In this document: positions 57,895 through 64,000 of the stretch, piece after piece
Numbering within the stretch: the first letter of the stretch is position 1
How the letters are laid out: each line of letters opens with the position of its first letter
From: Caulobacter sp. UNC279MFTsu5.1
GTDB taxonomy: Bacteria; Bacteroidota; Bacteroidia; Chitinophagales; Chitinophagaceae
Length of the DNA stretch: 64,000 nucleotides
Direction: 5' to 3'
Assembly (NCBI GenBank): GCA_943369185.1
Contig: CALRMK020000002.1
Location: forward strand, 501,368-565,367
Notes under the pieces: model-generated
Told to the model about the DNA's origin: nothing
Seen by the model: only the letters and a program-made list of their open reading frames with translations
Database searches by the model: none
Position numbers and translations under genes: made by a program

Positions 57895-59337
57895 TTACCA
57901 CAAAGCTTTGCCCTGGTAAAAGTCGAGCACTTTTACGCGTAGCAGGTAATCGTATTTGGCTGCTACAAAATTGGCATTGCTTCTGTCCAGATTGTTTTTG
58001 GCAATCATATATTCTACGGAAGTATTTACCCCATTGGTAAATCTTACTTCTGCTGCTTTAAAAGAAACTGTAAAATCTTCTACCTGTTGTTTCAAGGCCA
58101 GGTAACGTTCAAAAGCGGCATTCATATTCACATAGGCCTGATCCACTGCCTGGCGTAATTGTGTTTTTACCGTTTGTGCTTCAAAGCTGGTTCGTTTTTC
58201 AGCGATTTTTGCCTGGTTCACATTACTGCGGGCACGTAACCCATTCAGGATCGGAATCTGCAGTCCAATACTAAGTGATGAGTTCAGGTTATTGGTCCAT
58301 TGATCGCCATAAGTAATTTTTTGACTCAGATAATTATTTTGCGGTGCAAACACTGGTAGTTTGCTGCCACTGACAGTCACATATTGACTGGTTGCCACAT
58401 CTGCCGTGTTGAGCAGTTCCTGTCGGGTAGCTACACTCGAATAGTTGGTGCCGAAACCGCCATTAAAACTAAGTGTTGGGAGTAATTGGGCTTTTGCAGC
58501 GAGATATCTTTTCTGTGCACTTTGCTTGCGGTACTCGGCAGCTTTGATAAAAGCAAGTTGCTGCTCGGCTGTCTGATAAATATTTTCTGCCGTGCCATCA
58601 TATAATACAGGATTTCCGGAAGCACCAAGGTTCTCGAGCTGCACATTGGCATTGTAGGGTACATTCATTAACTGCGCCAGATTGATTCTGGCAGTCTCCA
58701 GCGTATTTTTTCCATTGATGACGGCTAACTGATCGCCGGAAAGCTGTCCTTTCAGATCATATAACATGGCCGGGGCAATGGCTCCGCTGGCATGTAAGGT
58801 TTCCAGCCGTGCTACCTGGTTTTTGGTTACTTCTACCTGTTTTTGGGCAACTTTCAGTTGCTCCTGTGCACTCAGTACCTGCAGGTAAGCCAGTATTACA
58901 TTGATAGTGATATTGTCTTTTGTCTGCTGCCAGTCCATTTCGCTGGCTTTGGCGGCAAGTTCGTTTTGTTTGATGGCGTTCTGTATAGAAGAACCATTCC
59001 AGATCGTGATACTGGTGTTGATGGAATAGTTGGCGAAATTGATCTGCTGGTTGGCATAGGTATTGGTAAAGGGATCGATACTCCGGCCCTGGTTAATACC
59101 ATGATTTACGTTGCCGGAAATAAACGGTAACTGGCTGCCCTTGGCTTGTTTGTAGGTTACTTTGTCTGATTGTGCCTGGTATTCAGACTGGCGAACAAGC
59201 AGGTTGTTTTCGATGGCTGTTTCCACGCATTGCTGTAAGGTCAGAACTCCGCCGGTAGTACCGGCGTTTTGAGCCTTTACTGTTGTTGTGAGGAGGATGG
59301 CAAAAACTATGATGCCGCTGATATGTTTCTTTTTCAT
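57895..59337 (-). CDS. TolC family outer-membrane efflux protein
   Basis: Signal peptide; LTLQQCVETAIENN, LPTLSF, IPILNG, A..RF..G, AKYDY. Confidence 0.93.
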   Translation of the reverse strand: MKKKHISGIIVFAILLTTTVKAQNAGTTGGVLTLQQCVETAIENNLLVRQSEYQAQSDKVTYKQAKGSQLPFISGNVNHGINQGRSIDPFTNTYANQQINFANYSINTSITIWNGSSIQNAIKQNELAAKASEMDWQQTKDNITINVILAYLQVLSAQEQLKVAQKQVEVTKNQVARLETLHASGAIAPAMLYDLKGQLSGDQLAVINGKNTLETARINLAQLMNVPYNANVQLENLGASGNPVLYDGTAENIYQTAEQQLAFIKAAEYRKQSAQKRYLAAKAQLLPTLSFNGGFGTNYSSVATRQELLNTADVATSQYVTVSGSKLPVFAPQNNYLSQKITYGDQWTNNLNSSLSIGLQIPILNGLRARSNVNQAKIAEKRTSFEAQTVKTQLRQAVDQAYVNMNAAFERYLALKQQVEDFTVSFKAAEVRFTNGVNTSVEYMIAKNNLDRSNANFVAAKYDYLLRVKVLDFYQGKALW

Positions 59338-59355
59338 GTTCTCGGTTCGCTTTAA

Positions 59356-60021
59356 TTATTTTTCGATCCTGCCATCCAGCAGGTTAATGATCTGTTTGCC
59401 GTATGCGGCATTTTTTTCTGAATGGGTTACCTGTATGATGGTGACACCATCTTCTTCATTGATCTTTTTAAACAGTTCCATGATCTCTTCTCCCTGTTTG
59501 GAATTGAGGTTACCGGTGGGTTCATCGGCCAGCAATAATTTCGGTTTGGCAATCAGGGCGCGGGCAATGCCTACCAACTGCTGCTGTCCGCCGGATAACT
59601 GAACCGGGAACAGGTCTTTTTTACCCACGATATTGAAGCGGTCGAGTATATCTGCCACCATGGCCTGCCGCTCGGCTGTTTTGATATTCTGGTACAGTAA
59701 AGGGGTTTCAATATTCTCATAAACGGTTAATTCGTCGATCAGGTGATAGGCCTGGAATACGAATCCGATATTCTGCTTGTACAGTTCCGAGCGCTGTTTC
59801 TCTTTGATGGTGTACACATCCTGTTTCAGAAACCGGTAACTGCCTTCGGAGGGTTCATCCAGCATACCAATGATATTAAGTAGGGTGGAGTTACCGGAAC
59901 CGGATGGTCCCATCACAGAGATAAAAGCACCTTCTTCAATGGTCAGGTTAATATCCTTCAGGATAAATACCCGGTTATTACCGTTGTTATGCCATTTGTA
60001 GATCTTTTCTAACTGGATCAT
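59356..60021 (-). CDS. ABC transporter ATP-binding protein (MacB/LolD-like) with Walker A K->N
   Basis: GPSGSGNST (codon AAC), LSGGQQQ, LLADEPTGNL, VTH. Confidence 0.9.
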   Translation of the reverse strand: MIQLEKIYKWHNNGNNRVFILKDINLTIEEGAFISVMGPSGSGNSTLLNIIGMLDEPSEGSYRFLKQDVYTIKEKQRSELYKQNIGFVFQAYHLIDELTVYENIETPLLYQNIKTAERQAMVADILDRFNIVGKKDLFPVQLSGGQQQLVGIARALIAKPKLLLADEPTGNLNSKQGEEIMELFKKINEEDGVTIIQVTHSEKNAAYGKQIINLLDGRIEK

Positions 60022-60048
60022 ATTGCTGGGTTTACTGTCTGGTCATTC

Positions 60049-60153
60049 TCAAAGCCTGTGCCATCTTTGAAAACCCTTTGCCAGTAAGGGTTTCGCAGGC
60101 TAATAATATTTACAAGTGTACGAAAACGGACAGTTTCTGTCTGTGTGCGTACA
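60049..60153 (-). promoter_or_regulatory. Candidate sigma-54 promoter with tandem enhancer sites
   Basis: Minus-strand TGGCAC-AGGCT-TTGA (60063-60049); TGTACG-N4-CGGACA (60117-32) and TGTCTG-N4-CGTACA (60138-53). Confidence 0.6.
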
Positions 60154-60173
60154 CCCTATTTTCCGGGTTGTTT

Positions 60174-60245
60174 GGGCAATGGTCAACTGTCAATGTGAAT
60201 AGGCAATCCAGTGCGATATTCGCCATTGCCCATTCTCTATTCACC
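60174..60245. repeat. Degenerate heptamer inverted arms
   Basis: GGGCAAT GGTCAAC TGTCAAT GTGAAT AGGCAAT vs TTCGCCA TTGCCCA TTCTCTA TTCACCA. Confidence 0.6.
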
Positions 60246-60249
60246 AAAA

Positions 60250-62685
60250 TTATTCTGTCCGTAAACTTTTTACCGGGTTGGCATTGGCTGCCCGGATGGC
60301 CAGTACACTAACGGTGAGTAAAGCTATTAATGCCGCCACGATACCTGCTGCTGCAAAAATCCACCAGCTGATGGGGATGCGGTAAGCAAAATCGGTTAAC
60401 CACTGGTTCACACCGTACCAGGCAACCGGGAAGGCGATCAGTGCAGCGATCAATACCAGCATCAGAAAATCTTTGGACAGTAATAATACAATACTACCTG
60501 TACCTGCTCCTAATACCTTCCGTACACCAATCTCTTTGATTCTTTGGGTGATGGCGAAGGAGGATAAGCCGAGTAAACCCAGACAGGCAATCAGAATAGC
60601 AATCCCTGCAAACAGGGTGAACAAACTGCTCTGTCTTTGTTCGGACAGGTATAGTTTGTTGTAATTATCATCCAGAAAAGAAAATTCAAATGGGATTCCA
60701 GGTAAATAGGATTTCCATTTTTTTTCAATCTCTGCCAGCGCCTCAGTGGTATTGGAGCCGGCGATTTTGATGGAAAGCGCATTAAAGAATCCGGCTTGTT
60801 CGGGTTTGGGTAAAGACATCACCATGGGTGCGATTTTCTGTTTCAGAGACTCGAAATGAAAATCCTTCACTACCCCTATGACTTTGCCAGACACATTTCC
60901 GTAAGAAAAATTACGGCCCACTGCTTTTTCTGCCGATGGCCAACCCAATGCTTTTACAGTGGCTTCGTTCAGCAGAAAATTAGCGGTATCGGTTGATACG
61001 CCCGTAGAAAAATTTCTGCCGGCAGCCAGACTGATATTGTAAGAGGGGATAAAGTCATGATCGACCGCGAGGTATTTGAGTTCTATGTTTACAGATTGAA
61101 GCGAATCGCCTGATTCGGCTGAAGCGTTCTGCGAATCAAGTAACCTGCCAGTAGGAATCCGCGAAGAGCGGCCCATACTGCGGATATAAGATTTGGTCAT
61201 CAGATCGTTTCTGAATGCTTCAAACTGACTGTTATTGGTAAAATAATAAGGGAATACTGCCACTTGCTCTTTTGAATACCCCAGTTTAGCCTCTTGCATA
61301 AAACGGAGTTGCTGAAAAACGATGGCTGTAGTGATGATCAGTACAATGGAAATACCAAACTGTGTAACCACCAATGCCTTGCGGAATGAAATGGATCTGC
61401 CTCCTACTTTGAACAATCCCTTCAATGTTTTTACGGGCTGAAATGATGACATGAACAGGGCAGGATAGAGGCCTGATACAATACCTACAATAAAGGGAGT
61501 CAACAGGAGAGGCAGGAGAAATTTCCAGTTCAATAACATAGTGGCAGATAATGCAACACCGGCCATTTTATTCAAAGCGGGTAAGATGAGCCAGGCTATC
61601 AGGATGGCGACTGCCATGGCAATCCAGGCGATCAGCACGGATTCACTCAGGAATTGCGCTACCAGTTCACCTTTACCGGCTCCGGATACTTTCCGGATCC
61701 CGATCTCTTTGGCACGTAGCGTGGAACGGGCCGTTGACAGGTTCATATAATTGATGCAGGCAATCAAAAGAATAATCAGTGCGATAATCGAGAACACATA
61801 TACCCGGTTAATATCTCCGTTTTCTTCCGCTTCATAATCTGTGTGAGAGTACAAATGGATATCTGTCAGTTTCTGGATCTCCAGTTTGGTTAGCTTGGAG
61901 AATTGTATGGTGGAAGGAGCACCCGGAAAAAATACATGTTTGTCTATAAATGCAGGTAACTGCGCTTCGATATTCTTAACAGGATAGTTTTCCGGAACCA
62001 AAAAATAGGTAAAAAAGGAATTATTGCCATAGTTGGTCTGTAATTGTCTTTCGCCATATACCGCGGAATCTTTCAGGGTATTGAATGATACCATGATCTC
62101 CGGATGAAAATGCGAGTTGGTTGGAAATGATTTAAAAATACCCGATACTTTCAGGTTGAACTGGTTGTTGAAGCGGATCATTTTGTTCATGGGTTCTTCC
62201 TTGCCAAAATATTTTTCCGCAATTTTTTCTGATAGCATTACGGTAAAGGGATCCGTCAGTGCTTTGGCCGGATTGCCCTTCACAACGTTTACATCAAATA
62301 CATCGAACAGGTTCTCATCAGCAAAAAATAACTGGCTTTCGCTGAATAGTTTGTCTTCGTATTTCACCGGCGTTTTACCATTGGGCAGCAAGCGGGTTAC
62401 TTTCTGGATATCCGGAAAATCATTTTTCAGCAAGGGGCCGAAAGGCGGAGCCACGGTACCCAGTTTCAGCGTTACGGCACCATCCGGATTATTGAAACTG
62501 CGGGTGATCCGGTATATGCGGTTGGCTTTGCTGTGATAAGTGTCGTAACTGGTTTCGTGAATGATATACAGTGTAATGAGCAGGCAACAGGCAAGACCCA
62601 TGGTTAAGCCAAAGAGATTGATGAACGAGATGAATTTGTGTTTCATCAGGTTTCGCCAGGCCATTTTAAAATAATTTTGAATCAT
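60250..62685 (-). CDS. ABC transporter permease (MacB-like, duplicated FtsX domains)
   Basis: MIQNYFKMAWRNL, ACINYMNLSTA, KEIGIRKV, R.KEIGVRKVLGA, NPVKSLRTE. Confidence 0.95.
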   Translation of the reverse strand: MIQNYFKMAWRNLMKHKFISFINLFGLTMGLACCLLITLYIIHETSYDTYHSKANRIYRITRSFNNPDGAVTLKLGTVAPPFGPLLKNDFPDIQKVTRLLPNGKTPVKYEDKLFSESQLFFADENLFDVFDVNVVKGNPAKALTDPFTVMLSEKIAEKYFGKEEPMNKMIRFNNQFNLKVSGIFKSFPTNSHFHPEIMVSFNTLKDSAVYGERQLQTNYGNNSFFTYFLVPENYPVKNIEAQLPAFIDKHVFFPGAPSTIQFSKLTKLEIQKLTDIHLYSHTDYEAEENGDINRVYVFSIIALIILLIACINYMNLSTARSTLRAKEIGIRKVSGAGKGELVAQFLSESVLIAWIAMAVAILIAWLILPALNKMAGVALSATMLLNWKFLLPLLLTPFIVGIVSGLYPALFMSSFQPVKTLKGLFKVGGRSISFRKALVVTQFGISIVLIITTAIVFQQLRFMQEAKLGYSKEQVAVFPYYFTNNSQFEAFRNDLMTKSYIRSMGRSSRIPTGRLLDSQNASAESGDSLQSVNIELKYLAVDHDFIPSYNISLAAGRNFSTGVSTDTANFLLNEATVKALGWPSAEKAVGRNFSYGNVSGKVIGVVKDFHFESLKQKIAPMVMSLPKPEQAGFFNALSIKIAGSNTTEALAEIEKKWKSYLPGIPFEFSFLDDNYNKLYLSEQRQSSLFTLFAGIAILIACLGLLGLSSFAITQRIKEIGVRKVLGAGTGSIVLLLSKDFLMLVLIAALIAFPVAWYGVNQWLTDFAYRIPISWWIFAAAGIVAALIALLTVSVLAIRAANANPVKSLRTE

Positions 62686-62716
62686 ATAGATACTTTAGTT
62701 TGTTAGCTAGCAATAT

Positions 62717-64000
62717 TTATTCTGTTCGTAAACTATCAGCAGGATTGGCAGATGCTGCTTTGAAAGTTTGTAAACTAATCGTGAGTAAAGCTGCGAGAAA
62801 CATGGCCACTCCCGCCAGCAGAAATAACCAGAGATTGATGGGAGTGCGGTACGCAAAATTCTGCAACCATTGATTCAACGCATACCAGGCAACCGGAGTG
62901 GCTATCACAAAAGCTACCAATACCAGCCATAAAAAATCTTTGCTGAGGATGGTAACGATCTGGGTAACAGAAGCTCCTAATACTTTTCGTACACCGATCT
63001 CTTTGGTGCGCTGATGGGTGGTGAAGATCACCAATCCCAGTAAACCCAGACAACTGATGAGTACTGCAAGGCCGGTTGCCCATTTCAGCAAACTGGCAAT
63101 ATGTTGCTCTGCACGGTAGCTCTGTGCAATCGATTCATCGAGAAAATGATAGTCGAAATCTTCTTCCGGATAGATCTGTTTCCAGTTTTTTTCTATTTTG
63201 GCAATCGCTGTTTTCCAGTTACTGCCATCTGCATTTTTAGGCGGCAGGGTAACGGTAAACACACTGTTAATGAGATCCCAGCTTCCCAATGCCAACGGTT
63301 TGATTTTCTGGTGAAGCGATTTCTGGTGAAAATCTGCCAGCACACCGGTAACCAGCATTTTTTTATTATCCCAATTGAGGTATCTACCCACTGCATCTGC
63401 AGGTTGGTTGAACCCGAGGGCTTTTGCATAGGTATCGTTGATGAGGAATTCGCGGGCCGTATCAGAAGCCGAATAGTTTTTTCCGGCCAATAGTTTCATT
63501 CCGAACTGGCGCAGGTATCCGGTATCTCCGAATTTCATTTCCACATCAGAAGTGATTTCTTTTTTGCCGTTGTGGTAAGAGATGGTACTGCTCCAGGCAT
63601 CGGGTGAAGCAGGAGTTCCGGTAGACAAACCAACGGCTGCTACTTCCGGGATCGCTCTTAATTCTTTAGCGAGGATCAGTTTTTTGGCACGTGAAGTATC
63701 GCGGTAGTTGGTACGGAAGAAGATGAGTGCCTCTTTGGAAAAACCCAGATCCTTATTCAATGTAAAATGAATCTGACTGCTTACCACCAGTGTGGCCAGA
63801 ATAAAGAACTGGGCAATGGTGAACTGTGATACCGTAAGGCTTTTTCTGATCCAGTTTTTGCGGCTTTTGCCGCCGTTAAATAGGTTTTGGTTCTTTAATA
63901 CATTCACGGGTTTGAAAGAAGAAAGTACCATGGCTGGGTAGAAACCGGATAAAAAAGTAACTGCGATGATCAGCGCAACCAGGAAACCTATCATCAATGG
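62717..64000 (-). CDS. ABC transporter permease (MacB-like), 5' part outside the window
   Basis: LSGFYPA, QFTIA, RTKEIGVRKVLGAS, NPADSLRTE. Confidence 0.93.
   Translation of the reverse strand, partial: PLMIGFLVALIIAVTFLSGFYPAMVLSSFKPVNVLKNQNLFNGGKSRKNWIRKSLTVSQFTIAQFFILATLVVSSQIHFTLNKDLGFSKEALIFFRTNYRDTSRAKKLILAKELRAIPEVAAVGLSTGTPASPDAWSSTISYHNGKKEITSDVEMKFGDTGYLRQFGMKLLAGKNYSASDTAREFLINDTYAKALGFNQPADAVGRYLNWDNKKMLVTGVLADFHQKSLHQKIKPLALGSWDLINSVFTVTLPPKNADGSNWKTAIAKIEKNWKQIYPEEDFDYHFLDESIAQSYRAEQHIASLLKWATGLAVLISCLGLLGLVIFTTHQRTKEIGVRKVLGASVTQIVTILSKDFLWLVLVAFVIATPVAWYALNQWLQNFAYRTPINLWLFLLAGVAMFLAALLTISLQTFKAASANPADSLRTE

Noticed and set aside
60250-64000. Tandem MacB-like permeases as a novel duplication
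   Set aside because: Arrays of such permeases are common in Bacteroidota; the two copies are clearly diverged.

Overview
Core-genome window of a Bacteroidota bacterium, inferred to be Chitinophagaceae-like from gene content, repeated TAnnTTTG -7 promoter boxes, a TamL-like lipoprotein and a DUF5103 protein. It holds about 57 CDS: a truncated CzcA/CusA RND pump, several peptidases (M20, M61, M42, paired M16), an MFS transporter, tRNA-metabolism genes (tsaC, cca, miaA, proS, truB, trmH), dapD, transaldolase, a LytS/LytTR-LiaF-like operon, two orphan response regulators and a MacB-type ABC/TolC cluster. It also holds tRNA-Leu(CAG) and a small SRP RNA that the ORF track cannot show. I found no transposase, integrase, prophage gene or CRISPR array. 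Best leads: (1) a full-length homologue of the eukaryotic DEGS sphingolipid delta-4 desaturase/C4-hydroxylase; (2) a circularly permuted ATP-grasp ligase in a co-directional run with a class-I glutamine amidotransferase and an M42 peptidase; (3) a strongly promoted structured leader, a 68-aa ORF and a second structured RNA at 55.7-56.3 kb; (4) a dispersed family of heptamer/octamer inverted tandem-repeat hairpins at gene junctions; (5) candidate operators readable directly from the sequence (TetR, NarL-type, LytTR, sigma-54 plus enhancer); (6) an ABC ATPase with Walker A Lys->Asn. All family calls come from motif recognition only; no searches were run.
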